64,000 bases of DNA from Ancylonema sp. (Eukaryota), in NCBI GenBank assembly GCA_050230475.1, contig JBFLGF010000028.1, positions 1-64,000 of the forward strand, given 5' to 3'. Positions 33,480 through 46,769 of this stretch are shown here, one piece after another. The position numbers and the translations under genes were made by a program. The notes beneath the pieces were generated by a model. That model ran no database searches, was not told where the DNA came from, and saw only the letters and a program-made list of their open reading frames with translations. Position 1 is the stretch's first letter, and each line of letters begins with the position of its first letter.

Positions 33480-36400
33480 ATGCTCATCTCGGAGATTCAG
33501 AGTGAGACTATGGCAGTCGATGAAGCCGTAGGTATGATTGACAATCTTATTACCGCAGTGGCAGATGTTGAAGTGAGCATACCTGCAGGGAGAGTCACTA
33601 AGGAGACCGTGGATGAGATTCGTCGTGTTGTTGGTACGCTGCCACCTCACATTACGTCCGAGCAACGGCTCCAGCTTTGGAGACTAAGTTTTCAGATAGG
33701 GAATGCTTGTGTTGAACATACGAATGGTCTTGAAGCAGGGACGTCTCCAACTACAGTCGATGCTCTCTTGCGGCATGTTGCCGCTGACATGCTTCTTGCT
33801 GCCGGGGAGAATCCAAGTGTCAGGTGCAGTCTGATGAAAATGGCGGCGTTTTTCTCAAGGACTGGTACTATGTGGCACGATCTGAAGGAACTGGACAATG
33901 CTGAAGTCTGCTTTTCGAAGGCAATGGAGTTATGTTCACACATGCGTGAAGACTTTGAGCAAGTGGGAGAGTCAAGCTGCAGCTCTCCAGCTGAAAAGAA
34001 GGACTTTGACCAGCTGAACTTTGAAATTTTCACCAATCGTGCAAAGAACGCCTGGCAACAAAGTCAACGAGCGCTAACAACCAGCCTGCTGAACAGGGCG
34101 ACCGCCATGCTTGCCAATCTTCCAGAGAAGTCCACAGACCTAGCAGAACTCTACCTGCATATTGGCAGGGCTCTACTCAGCAAAACTGGAGATCAAACTG
34201 AGGAAAAGGAATCTGGAGTTTGTGAATCGGTGACGTACCTTGAAAAAGCATTTGAACTTTGCACAGCAGCTCTTTCGTATCCTGGTCGCCACTTGTCTGG
34301 CAACGAACTTTCTCAAGCAAGTAGACTGAAGAGCAGAGTTTTAAGATATCTTGGAGGGGCTCACGTACAGAACGAGAACTGGCAGGCAGCTTTGAAGTGC
34401 ACTGCAGCTTTGAAAGCGTCTAGTGATCATCCGAGCATCCTATTCCTTGAAATTAGGGCTGAAGTTGGACTAGGACGATATAGTGATGCAGCACGAGAAC
34501 TGGAAGCTCTTGTGTCGCACAAAGGATGCTCACTAGAGCTTGGAGTTGCAGGTGTTGACGCTCTTTTGTCATCCAAAAATGTAGACAGCATCTTGCCAGT
34601 CTGCAAGAAATGTGTTTTTGATCTCCACGCCAGATTCCCTGATGACCCTAAACTTCTGGTTCTTGCACTGGAAAAACTTCTGAGAGGGAATGTTGGTGTA
34701 TCGAACACAAGCAAGGCTGCAATGGAGATTGCGCTTGAGATTGCCAACGCACAGAGTGTCAACAAGCTGATTGCCTATTCATCAAACATTCATGGGGATG
34801 CTACTGACGACCGTTCCTATTCGTCCTGCGTTTTCGTCCTTCTTTGGAACAGGTACGGTCAAATCGCTGCTCAAAAAACAGATACAAGCGAAAAACACTG
34901 TAAGAAGCAAAAAACTTCGATAAATATTTGTTTATTTCCGTTTTCCTAAAATTTCCTTATTTCTGTTTTAACTATAAGTTTTGTGTCGTCTCATACGTAG
35001 TTTTATAGTGTGATGCATGTTGACCCCAAGCATCCTTCAGTGTCTGCATCAATGACGCACACCTGTGTGAGGCTCGAAGGGTGTTTGCAACTTCTGTTAA
35101 AGTCACTTTGGTCTATGCAACCTCAACACAGGTGTGTGTGCGACCTCACCTCTCCTTACGTGCTTTGTTTCACTGATTGCAGCGGAGCAGAAAAGTTTCA
35201 TTTGAAGGACTGGTTCACAAGTCAGGCCCTGTTTGAGGCTTCATTATTGTACATTCCAGCCAAAGCCACACATCAAAGGGCAAAGACTTTGAGAATCATT
35301 TGTTTATGCCACCTTGGGGCTGGGAAGCACCAGGAAGCAAAGTGGTTTGTTGATGAGGCAGAGAAGGTAAGACCCTGCTTGGAAACTGCTGGTGTTAGTT
35401 ATTCATCATGTATCTCTGACCTCAGCTATCCTATGAAATCAACTTATTTGTTGATCATGCATTCCTTGGTCCTTCAGGTTTTTACATCTCAGGCTGAGGG
35501 TGACATGGTGTTCATGAGCGAACAAGCATCAGCGACAATGTATATATAGTTAGGGGCGGTTCTGATTTGGTTAGAGATGATCATGGGCGGTTATGGTTGT
35601 GTTAAATCTTATTGCAGTCAAGTGTCTACAATCACCCCTTGTGATACTCATTCAAGTCGTGGTTGATGCTCATATTTTATTGCAGCTGGATTCGAACATC
35701 GCGAGCACTTTCCTGAAGGTGCTGTATATATTATGATCCTTCTAATCAAACTTGTCCATCACATGGTGATTTACTTTTGCATCAATCGTCATTATTGCTT
35801 GAGGGGCAGATGATGAGTGCAGCCCTCATGGACCCGGTACAATATTACAACCGAGAGGTTTGGAAGGGCATTCTGTAATCAGTGTTGGACACATTATCTT
35901 TACCCTACTATTTCCTGTGTATCAAGTTTTCTTGCATACCAATTTTATAGCCTCAACAGGGCAACAGGGCAACAGGGCAACAGGGCAACAGGGCAACAGG
36001 CCACCGGGGTATTGAGTCATTCACAGAAGTAAAATGTCCCGAAAGGTGCTGCATTTGGATACATTTTTATTTTCCTGATCTATTTCCTTCCTGATGTTAC
36101 AGATTCATGCATCCTTGTTCAGGTGTGAAGGCAGTACTGATTGTGATTGGCAGGGACAGTGAACTGACAATGAAGGATTGTGTAAATGCTGTCAAAAAGG
36201 TTTGATGCAGCTTCTCAGTCAACTCGTCAACTTCTGTGTGCCACTGCAGTACAAGATCGCGCTTCAAAGCGATTCTCCAGACGAGGCGTCTGCGGAGGTG
36301 AAGAAAATGTCTCTGTGCCGCGATTTCGAGCCAGACTTCTTGACCCTTGCGTCCCATGAAGCTGTTGCCAGCAATCAAGTGTCCGTTGCTGTGGCAGCCC

Positions 36401-38431
36401 TCACCAGCCTGCTCAGTCTCAAGTGCACTGACCAAGCCCCAAAGATTAAGGAAGCCATCATCCTCAGGTACATGTCAGTCATCCACTGACGTGCTGAATG
36501 ATTGACATGCTGAATTACTGGAGGCTGTTGAGTCCGTAGCTGACACTGTTGTCTGCACACCTGCGCTTCCTCAGGAACATCATAACCCTCCTGTCAGAGA
36601 AACTGAGAAAGGGAGCAGAGGAGGTTCTCTCTTTTTTCCGGGACGCTCGAGAGCGTCTCGTCTCTAGCACTTTTACTGGTTTCTGTGGCGATGGCATTCC
36701 TGGAGAACAGGAAGGAATGTGGTTTGCGTCTTCGGCTTGGAACCATGGGATGCGACTGGGGAAGGAGGGAAGTTGGCGGCTTTCCTCAGAATTTCTTCTG
36801 GTCGCGGCTGACTTTTACCAGGTAAAACTACTTGAAGTACTCAAACTACGTTTACCAGGTCCTTCGAATATCCCATACATCAGTTCTCGTTACTTTTTTG
36901 GTTTCCGAACTAATGTCTGTATTGCATGGTCCTCCTTCTGCTCCAAATATGTATGTATGTGAATGCTGTATGCTTGAGACCCCTGCTTGCTGGAACTGCG
37001 CTGTGAGTGACCTGGAGTTATGCTGGAGGCCTTTTTCCAGGCTCTTCCGATCAGCATTGACAATCTGCGAGCAGAGAAACTTGCCCATATCCTGGCGTCG
37101 TCTGTTTTGTTGGAAAATGGAGAAGTCGACAGCGATAACTTGATACTTGTGAATAAGAGTCTGGAGAGGTGCAAGAAAGTGAGTGACAATTCGTCCCTCG
37201 TTTCCCGTATATCTGCACTCAGTGATTTGCAGCATATAATGCACCGTTCTCAATTTATTGAAACATCTTTCGTTCCATTCAGTGATCCAAATGATTGTAC
37301 ATGTGCTTTCAGTGTGATCCAGGCACCAAATACTTGCTGACTGGTGTCGACCTGACTTTAGGAGAACCGGAACATTCCCTTCAGTCTGTTATGGTGTGGA
37401 AAAGCAGAAGGCAGGGTGGCAGTTGTGCTCCAACCACAGAATCTCTTACCATGTTATTGTGTGCAGATTTACGAGCAGCTGTCTAGTAAACCTGGAGCAT
37501 CTGCTGATGAAGATGATACAGAGGTTTCTTTCAACTTGCTGCTCTTCAATGTCAAGCGGCGCCTGGGAGATTTTCAAGCACAGGAGAATATCCTCAATCA
37601 CTGCAGGTCATTGAGTGGCTGCACCTATGAACACTTTCTGATCATGGCGCAGGAAGCAAGTGAAGGAGAGGGCAACAATGTGTCGGTAGCCAGGGCAGCG
37701 TATGTAGCAGCAATGACACGCATGACTGATTCGCCGACGCCAGATTATAAAGCACTTGCTCAGATTGTCCGTAAGATTATTCGTCTAACGGATGCCGTGG
37801 ACAAGTCTGGAAAAGAAGTACTTGATTTGTACATGCAAGCAGAACAGATCTTGAGAGGGCTACCGTCAGGTGCGTACCCGAAAGAGGACGCGCAATGGCT
37901 TGTGTCCACTGCTTGGAACAGGGGCGCAATGCACTCGAAATTCGATGAGTTTGACCAAGCTGAGAGCTGGATGGGAGTTGCCATCAACATTCGGCAATAT
38001 GCTCTAGGTATGGAGTCGTCACTGCAATATGGGTGGCCAAACAGGGCTGGCTGGCTGGGTGACACATTTTTTTCATCCGTTGACTTTCTACTACATATAT
38101 TTTCGGCTCATTAAGGTTATCTGTGATTTGGTCATCATGTGTAAGTACGTTGAAACTGAATTTGTACACATAGTGGGCATGCACATCATGAGCTCGAACC
38201 TGTACAGACGTGTATCCCTAATTTTCTGTAGTGTACCGCCACAATTTCTGACACTCAATGTAAGGTAGACTAGACCGTTCTCCCTTATTGCGGTCACCTC
38301 CGCCTTCATTGCCTTCATCACCGCGTCCCGTATCTCCTCTTCCAGGTATGGAGTCCAGCGAGGCCTCAATGACAAATGCGCTGAAGCAAGTCCGGCTGGA
38401 CAAAGAGAAAGAGAGTTCACGCACAGACTGA
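33480..38431 (+). CDS. ZIP4: Meiosis-specific TPR protein ZIP4/SPO22/TEX11, multi-exon
   Basis: MLISEI start, long TPR-like exon 1 (LWRLSFQIGNACV..LRHVAADML..FFSRTGTMWHDL), LLWN, AKTLRIICLCHL, WFASSAWNHG, YPKEDAQWLVSTAWNRG. These match the layout of plant ZIP4. Last exon ends in TGA at 38431. Confidence 0.85.
35955..36001. repeat. (AACAGGGC)n 8-bp tandem repeat in a ZIP4 intron
   Basis: About 6 units seen directly. Confidence 0.9.
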
Positions 38432-40378
38432 ACACTCAGCTTGGCTGCGCATCAGGAAGTCTACCAGCACGTGGTGCAGGAGTGGCCTTTTTGTAGTTGA
38501 AGTCCTCCAAGGACAGTGGAGAAGGGCGGGGGTGGAGAAATTAGGGTGTAGTGGGCTGTAGTGTGTACCGTCTAGTATAACATTTTCCCAATTTCCAGTT
38601 TGGGCAAAATAATATTGTTCATTTGTCAATCAGCAACTGTGTGTATGGTCAGCTTTTCTCATACTAGAACACTAAGAGTGTTACTTCCAATGTCATGGGG
38701 AAGGAGCATAAGATAATGATAACTTTGTTTTAATTTCCTTCTTGTTTTCCCAATCATGTTCCCACGTGTTCAACCTGGAGTGTATGGAGTCTTGCGTACC
38801 CTTGGCTAGAACTGTGATAAGATTTACTTTCATGTTTCTAGTGTTTGACGGTTGTTTGGTAGGGTGGACATTACTTACAACTTACAAGTGCTTTGATATC
38901 TTGAGTTGAATCAGAGTTGTAGTGAAATGGAGGTCGATTTGCACCTTAGCCAAAACAATACATCACTGCGAGCACATGGACTCATATACCATTGTCATAA
39001 TTGCGAGGGGAGAATTTGAAATCCAAAACAACAAACCCCGGAAATGTCTTCTCCTCCTAGCTGTCTCTCTCCTCCCCTCCTCCAGATTCTACTCCTCTTC
39101 TATCCAACCATTTCTGAGCCAGAATGTTTTTTGCATACTGTGCTGTGATGTGACGACCCTCAAATGTAACGACCCTCAAATAAGTATGGAAACGGTGGGT
39201 CGGGTCAAATTGTTATTATTGTTTTTTGTGAAAAGTGGGTCACTAGATAATAAACGTTTATATTAAACATAAGTCAGGAGCTTGGGGGGTTTTTTATTGG
39301 GTGCGCAGGGGGGACAATTGGTGGTTCACTAGAATTCATTATTCAAATCCCGGGTCATTATGAGTGGCCAATACGTTATCACAAAACTTTGCATCAACAA
39401 ACTACTCTCTACTTATTACCATGGCGAGTCGGTTGCATATCCTACAATCAAACTTCCTCAACCCCATTCTCTTGCTCACACTATATGTACATAGGGTGCG
39501 GTGAATGGTTCTCCGGGGCGTCGAGCCATAGATAAAACTCATTAGCTTGTAAATATCGGATGGTGAGGGGGCGGTGTACCGTATTTTGGTACCGCGTCCA
39601 AGGCGTCAACATGAAGTTGCATAGACATTTCAAGGTTCTGTAACCATTACAAGATTATAACCGTGTCATTTTGGTCGCAGGAGCTACTATTACATATTAA
39701 AATGTAAACTTGGACATACGGACGGCGTCATATTCGAACGGTCAACTATGTTGTCGACTCTGTTGTTGAAACTCTTAGAGTGGATTCGCGATTAATCAAG
39801 CCCCAAATCCTCATGAAGATCACTTTGACGACTTACTTTGACGGTTCATATTACTTTGGTTTCCCTAAGCAACGATTCAACAAAAAAAATAAATGTTGGG
39901 AAGTCGGTTAAACTAGGGGGTCTCAAGGACCAAGGTCGACAAATCCTCGATCCATTAAGCTATGCCCTAAGGGGATCTTCCTTGATGGGAAGGAGAATGA
40001 CGGCCAAAAATGGTGGAGGTGCGTGTCGCACACCCTCGATGAACTGAGAACCGCGCCTTTAGGTGTGATGATTTTTCATCACACAAAAAGGGAAGTCAAA
40101 CGTAAGTAGGGCAAACGAAGAAGTTCAAACATCAAACTTTAACGAAACTTGCACTTTGCCGAATGCAAACTTTTATAGGGCATTCGCTTGAGGGTGAGCA
40201 AGAGGGGCATCAAGAGGAAGGAGGAGGGGGGGGGGGGGGGTGGAAGAGGGGGAGCGGTGGGAGGGGAAGGTCGTTGAAGACGATGCCACACACCCTCGAT
40301 ACACCGGGGGATTCGCCTTATGGTGTGTTGGAAACGGGCTTCATCAAGCAATGCGTCGAGGGTGGAAAAAAAAGTGAC

Positions 40379-40412
<34 letters not shown>

Positions 40413-42215
40413 AGGGATAGGGGGGGCGGATGAGGGGAAGGGGACGGAGGTTGAAGAAGTCAATACCCCGCACCCTAGAAAAAACCGAGTTCCTCGTTTT
40501 ACAGTGTACTGAATACGGGTTTTGAGTACTAACCTACATTTAATAATCGGTCTATTTGGTGGTCACGACAAGTCGAGGCCTCAAAATTCAAGGAGAGGGG
40601 GGAGGGGGGAGGGGAGGGGGATGGAGGTTGGCAGAGACGATGCCTCACAGCCTTGGTGGACCGTGGACAACTCCCGATGGAGTGATGGAAACGGATTTCA
40701 AGTGCGAAATTCCATCCGGCAATCGGTCGAGGGTGTGCATAGGTCGTAACGAATTCTCAACAGGGAAGAGAGGTTTGAGGGGAGTGGTGTTTGCCGGGGG
40801 GGGGGGCGATGTGACAGGGGGCTTGGCCTAGCCCCCGTCACATCTGTCGCAAACAAATTTGAGCCGAGAACTGAAACTTCGCCAAGATTTCGTAGCGCCA
40901 CCGAATTGTCTATGTACCGTGAGGAAGCGTGACACACCTCGATCTAAAGTTGGCATCGAGATCTTTCCACTATACTTTGCGAACTACGACACACAAAAAA
41001 TGTTCGGAACCCTGTAGAGCAATAGGGTGGTGAAAAATGTAGAATGAGTCAGGTAGTTGTAGTTTTTTTTTTTTTTGTTGTTGTCGTTGTGATCACCGTA
41101 TCGGCGACTGATGATAATTGACTGGAGTAAAAAGAAAGTGAACTACTTATGAGTGACCAATTTGAATGACCCACGAATTTCGAATATAACATTCGAAGAC
41201 CCACCAAGTACACTGAGCCACCAAAAAACTAGCACATCGTAAAGAGGCACCCCAAGTCTACAAACACCCTCGCCCAAAAGACATGGACGGGGTACATGGC
41301 CCTTGCATAGGCTTGGCATAGCTAGGGATAGTATTTGACGATTTCTGATTCAAAGATGTGCAATCGCATTAGACAGTGGTCGATCTGGGTATAAGATCAC
41401 CATGTCCGAAAGCCTAAGTCTTACAAATGCACACAATTGCCCACCGATAGGCATGTAAGTAAACATCCGCGTAAACCACACTACTCCTCACCAACATTCC
41501 CGTCCACATTCCTTCTCCTAGATAATAAACTGCTGCCCGTCGCCTTCTCTACACTTGTGGGCAAAACCTCCTCCTTCGCATCCTGCGAACAACATCACAA
41601 CATCGAATATGTGTCTATGGAAGTAATGATCCATTACACAAAACGACGAAGCCACGCCACACACATTCCTTTCTAACCCTTGCCATTTAAAAGTTGTTGC
41701 GTAGCAATCTGAGTGTTCTTTTTATTCATCTCTTTTATATCACCACCTCCACATCATCAGCAGTTGGAATCACGTGATCACATTATCAGCGTTGTGAATT
41801 CTATATACAACCGTCGAGTCAATTGTTTCTGGAAACAAAGGAAAATATTAATGCTTCAGCTAAAGGACCTCTTGCCCTTCAGCAAGACTCGGATATTCAC
41901 CAAGTGGTTGAATTAAGTCCATTAGTTCATTAACCAAAAAAAAAAATCATTTGTCTGCTGCCCAACTTTCAGATGCATGCATCCAATCAGCCATTTAAAG
42001 GTACCCCCTTTTGTCACCCGTCTGTTAGCTCATTGATTCTACCCAGCCTTAATTCCCAAACAACACTTGGTGCTGGCGTGCAGCCTTCAGAGGGTAATGC
42101 TTATGAGATTATTTTTATGAATCGATGGCCACGGAGCCCACTTTAAATCAAAGTGCAGCATGCTAGATTGACTACTGGTACAGCGATCCTGGCAATGATT
42201 CACACATTACGCAAA

Positions 42216-42924
42216 TCATGGTGACAGCCTCCCGCTCTGCAGATCATTAGCAATCATTCAAGCCGCACAGTCCTGAATGTATTCTCGTCAATGGAAGCTG
42301 CTCGCAAACCTTTCTCAAACTCAAATAGCAGCACCGAACTGACCTCTTTCACTATGATGTAGACTGGTGTTCCTGATGACTCTGTGTATTTCACCGCTAG
42401 ACGCCAGAAGGTGTAGAATATCAAGACTGCACAACAAATATGCCGGGGGATAGCTTAGCAGAGGTAAATGTTGTTGCGCATCTGTAAGCGAGCAGTGGTG
42501 GTTCTTACGATGTGACATGCCGAATGTTAACATGATCAGTGTCCTGTCCAGTGATACACACCACCACGGACAAGTTCTAGTTCTTTCACTCTACAACCCC
42601 TAAGAGTATTCAGAGTGACCCGCACAATCGCCAGACATGCATGCGGACAGAAACTTCGTCCACTCCACATGCAGGTTTTGGCAGAGGTCGTCGGCCCTTA
42701 GCAGAGCCACGTAATCATTTGTGGCCACTTTGCGGACAAAACACCGACATGCTGCCGTTGATGAGACGCTTATTTCAAATTTGTGAGGCGCTTGTAGAGT
42801 GTTCACCGAGATGGCCGACAATGACCAGAAACCAGAAGAGAAGCTCATAGCTCGAAGCGCCCTCCCAAGGTTCGTCTTCCACTGGGGGAGCGGGTGGAGC
42901 TGCTGTGTCAAAAACAATGTCCAT
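42216..42924 (-). CDS. Putative three-exon 73-aa single-TM microprotein MDIVFDTAAPPAPPVEDEPWEGASSYELLFWFLVIVGHL|VLIFYTFWRLAVKYTESSGTPVYIIVKE|SGRLSP
   Basis: Exons 42924-42807, 42426-42344 and 42236-42216 joined by phase-compatible GT-AG introns. The TM helix is continuous across the first junction. The third exon is the least certain. Confidence 0.55.
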
Positions 42925-43936
42925 ACTGCCTGATAGACACCTTCAGAACACAAATCGCTGGGCAACAACGCGGACCGCAATAGCGGGTCTCTTTTCAACC
43001 AGGAGAGCCCACTGCAAAATTGGCGATATTCGAAGTATGCTATGCTAACACCTTGAAGGAAAATATGATGAGAGATCCTTGGGCCTGCTGTCCACTCTGC
43101 GAATAGTTGGAAGTATAATCCCCAGACGGATTCTCGACTGACATATACAGTGGAAAGAAGTGATCGGCCGACTAGTTACATTCAGCTAAGCACACTTAGC
43201 GGCCCGAATCGACCGAAATAGGTTACTCCGTTTCTTGATGACAGATGAAGCTGCGTGCGAAAGAGAAAGAGGCGCGGAATGTCAGTAGGCGGCAATAGAA
43301 AATTGTATACGCACGTGTGACCGGGTGGACGCCTTACGCCTGAATGACACGTGTACACAAGAAGTCAGTGGACGCGAACGGGGCGGAGGAGAGAGATCGT
43401 TTGAAGATCATTCATGATATCGTTTTTAATGCGCGATTCTAGGCGACGTGCAAGACTGACGGCCGGTTGTTTTCTCTGGACAACTCTCACCGTGAGCCCA
43501 GGCGCGTGAGTTGCACGCCTGAGCTCCTTGAGCTCCCACTCAAAAGTCCTTGGTCGCCAAAAGCCCTCGAAGATCTGTATGCGGGAAGTACGGCGTTATC
43601 TATCTGGCGCTAAGGAGGCTAAGGAAGTAGGGCGATGCAGACTCCCACGCCGCGGGAGCCTTTGCAGGATTCTTGGCGCAGACCTCAGCCCCCCCCTCTG
43701 GCGTTCAAATTTACGACCTCTCGCATCGACGCATGGAGGGGGCGGAAGTGCAGAGTAGCCGTCCTCCGTTGTCTTGGAGATGGTGTTGGGTCTCATGGGG
43801 GCAGTACATGGAAAGTTGCTGATTGGGGTTCTGGAAGGTGTGGCGTCAAGTACCTTAATGTCACCAAGATGTCGCCCTTTATGTTTGGAACATACCAGTC
43901 GTCATACTTAGGGCCAACTGGCCAGGTTCAAAGAGT

Positions 43937-45595
43937 ATGAAGACAAAGGAACGGGTGTCATACTTTTATGACGGTAAGCGAGGACGGCGGGGGAAGGGGT
44001 TGGGGGGGAAGGGGGGGTGGGGGCGGGATGAAAATAAAGACTAAAACGTATGATCGGCAAAGACCAGTACCACTTATCGTTGAATCTTCAGACCGTGTGT
44101 GCTAAAAGGGGTGAGACCATTCTGGGTGCAGCCGAGGTTGGCACCGTGCACTATGGCCCCAACCACCCGATGAAACCCCACCGCCTGTGCATGACGCACA
44201 GCTTGGTGTTGGCCTACGAGCTGCACCACAAGATGGAAGTGTATGTAAGTGGAGGAGACTGGGACTCGGGGGTCAGCTGGTCAGCTGTCGTACTGACACG
44301 TGGCAGCTTCTTATCGCGACACGTGTCCAGCGCCCCCACAAGGCGTACCCTCAGGAGCTGGCCCAGTTCCACAGCGAGGATTACGTCGACTTCCTCCACC
44401 GCATCACCCCCGACTCGGAGCAGCAGTGCCAGAAGGAGATGATCCGATACAACATGGGGGAGGACTGCCCCGTGTTCGACGGCCTCTTCGATTTCTGCCG
44501 CGTCTACACGGGCGGCACAATCGACGCCGCCCGTCGCCTCAACCACGGCCTGTCCGACATCGCCATCAACTGGTCCGGGGGTCTCCACCACGCCAAGCGC
44601 TGCTGCGCCTCCGGGTTCTGCTACATCAACGACCTCGTCCTAGGCATCCTGGAACTCCTCAAGTACTTCCCCCGCGTCCTGTACATCGACATCGACATCC
44701 ACCACGGCGACGGGGTGGAAGAGGCGTTCTACCTCACGGACCGCGTCATGACCGCCAGTTTCCACAAATTCGGGGACGGGTTTCCCAGGGTCCGGCGACC
44801 TCAAAGACATCGGCGAGAAGGGCGGGAAGTACTACTCCCTCAACGTTCCGCTCAAGGAGGGCGTGGACGACGGCGGGTTCGTGCGCGTCTTCAAAGCGGT
44901 TATCGGGGCGGTTATGGCGCAGTACCAGCCGGCGGCGGTGGTCCTTCAGTGCGGGGCGGATTCGTTGGCGGGAGACAGGCTGGGGAGATTCAACCTGTCC
45001 CTGGACGGCCACGCAGACTGCGTGAAATTCGTGAAGACCTTCAACCTGCCCCTGTTGGTGACGGGGGGGGGGGGGTATACGAAGCAGAACGTGGCCCGGT
45101 GCTGGACGTATGAAACGGGGGCGCTGGTGGACACCCACGTGGGGAATGAGATCCCGGTGAACGATTATTACGACTACTTCCGGCCGGACTACTTGCTCAA
45201 AATCCCCAACCTCAACCCACATGTGAGCCTCCTGCTGCACCTTCACCTGCTCATGCTGCTGTAGGGGTCGCCGAGTAACCGCCTTGTTTCCTCTTCCGCC
45301 CTTTTTCCGCCCCTCTGTGCTGTGCAGGACAATTTGAACACGAGGAACTATTTGACCAACGTCAGGAATTCTGTTTTGGAGAATCTGAGGCACCTGGACT
45401 GTGCGCCCAGCGTGCAAATGCATGAGGTGGGGGAATGGGCTCAACAAAGGGAAAGACAGGAAGAAAGAAGGAATGCAGGTTTTAAAGTTCTTCCATGATG
45501 AAAAACCCTTCCTTCCTTCCTAGCACACCTTCCCCCCCCCCCCCCCCCCCATTCTTGAATAACAATCGTAATCATGATAATGATGATGATGAAAG

Positions 45596-45631
<36 letters not shown>

Positions 45632-46036
45632 CGATGACGATGATGATGATGTTGATGGTCATCACTCGTATGTAATGCATACACGGCCATCCATGCATGA
45701 CATGTCTATATTCTTGTCTCAGGTGCCCCCCGACTTGTACATACCCGACTACGATGAAGATGAATCCAACCCAGAGGTTCGCATAGATAGTGAGTACCAC
45801 CCCTGCCCCTCGCTTTCCGCCTTCATTCATTCTGTCATTCATTGGACTCTCATTGGTTGTTTCTTTTTCTCTCTCACAATGTGGCCAAAAATATATCTTT
45901 TGCCCCAAGGGTGCCAATGTGTGATTTTCTAATCTGGTGGGCTAAATTTTCGGGTTTTGCAGGGAATTTAGCGGACCGATTGATTCGCCACGATGGCGAG
46001 TATTTCAAGGACGACGGAGACCACGACAGGGATTAG
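43937..46036 (+). CDS. HDA9: Class I (RPD3/HDAC3-like) histone deacetylase, HDA9-type; apparent frameshift near 44780
   Basis: [140 protein letters not shown]. Confidence 0.93.
45572..45657. repeat. (GAT)n microsatellite in an HDA9 intron
   Basis: Seen directly. Gives spurious poly-Asp and poly-Ile ORFs. Confidence 0.95.
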
Positions 46037-46769
46037 CGGGAGGCGAGGGGGGAAAGGGGCGGGGGAAGGGTAGGCGCAATCAATATGCTATAGAAAAGCT
46101 CGTTTCTCTAGATCACATGCGCATCATGTGAGTATCTTGTTGACTTCATGAAACTTTCCGTCGTCGCTTCGGTACTTTCGTTTCATGGGTAGATTATATG
46201 CTTACGTTTCATTCAAGCACGAGTACATCCTGCATATTCCCCCTTTTTTGTATGGATCACCATTCGCATACATTTCTATCTGTATCCGATCTCTGCAGAG
46301 TTGCTTACGTGTTTAGGCACGAATGCGCTCATTTTCTATTATTTCCTGTTGTCCGGATGAATTTAGTTCCATATGACGGAACACTTTGGGGCTAATCCCC
46401 TCGCCGGGCCAACTATGCTTTGGTCCACATGATATTTGGCTTGAACAGTATGGGGTTTTCCAAAACTCGTTCCGAACACATTTTTCTGTGATTGCTTTCG
46501 GAACATGTTAGAAACGAGGTGGGGGTGGGGAAGAAATGAAAAATAAAATACTTCTAAATTTGAGCTCTCTGGACAGAGTATTTACTCCATCATAGTTAGT
46601 CCACTCCATCCATTTTATTTCTAGTACTAACCTCAGTCCACTTAGGGGGAGTCCGGTTCCCTCTAAGATCCGTAAAAAGCGGTTCACGCTTTGTGGGTTG
46701 TAACACTAGAATAATACAATACATTAGAATGCTATCAACTGACTTTAAACTTTCTTGATCATGGTGATT

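Noticed and set aside
39149..39182. TGTAACGACCC-like LTR start, duplicated
   Set aside because: No matching LTR end, PBS or internal domains found.
45495..45932. Poly-Asp ORF as an acidic HDA9 tail
   Set aside because: The GAT repeat lies inside a GT-AG intron (45427-45722).
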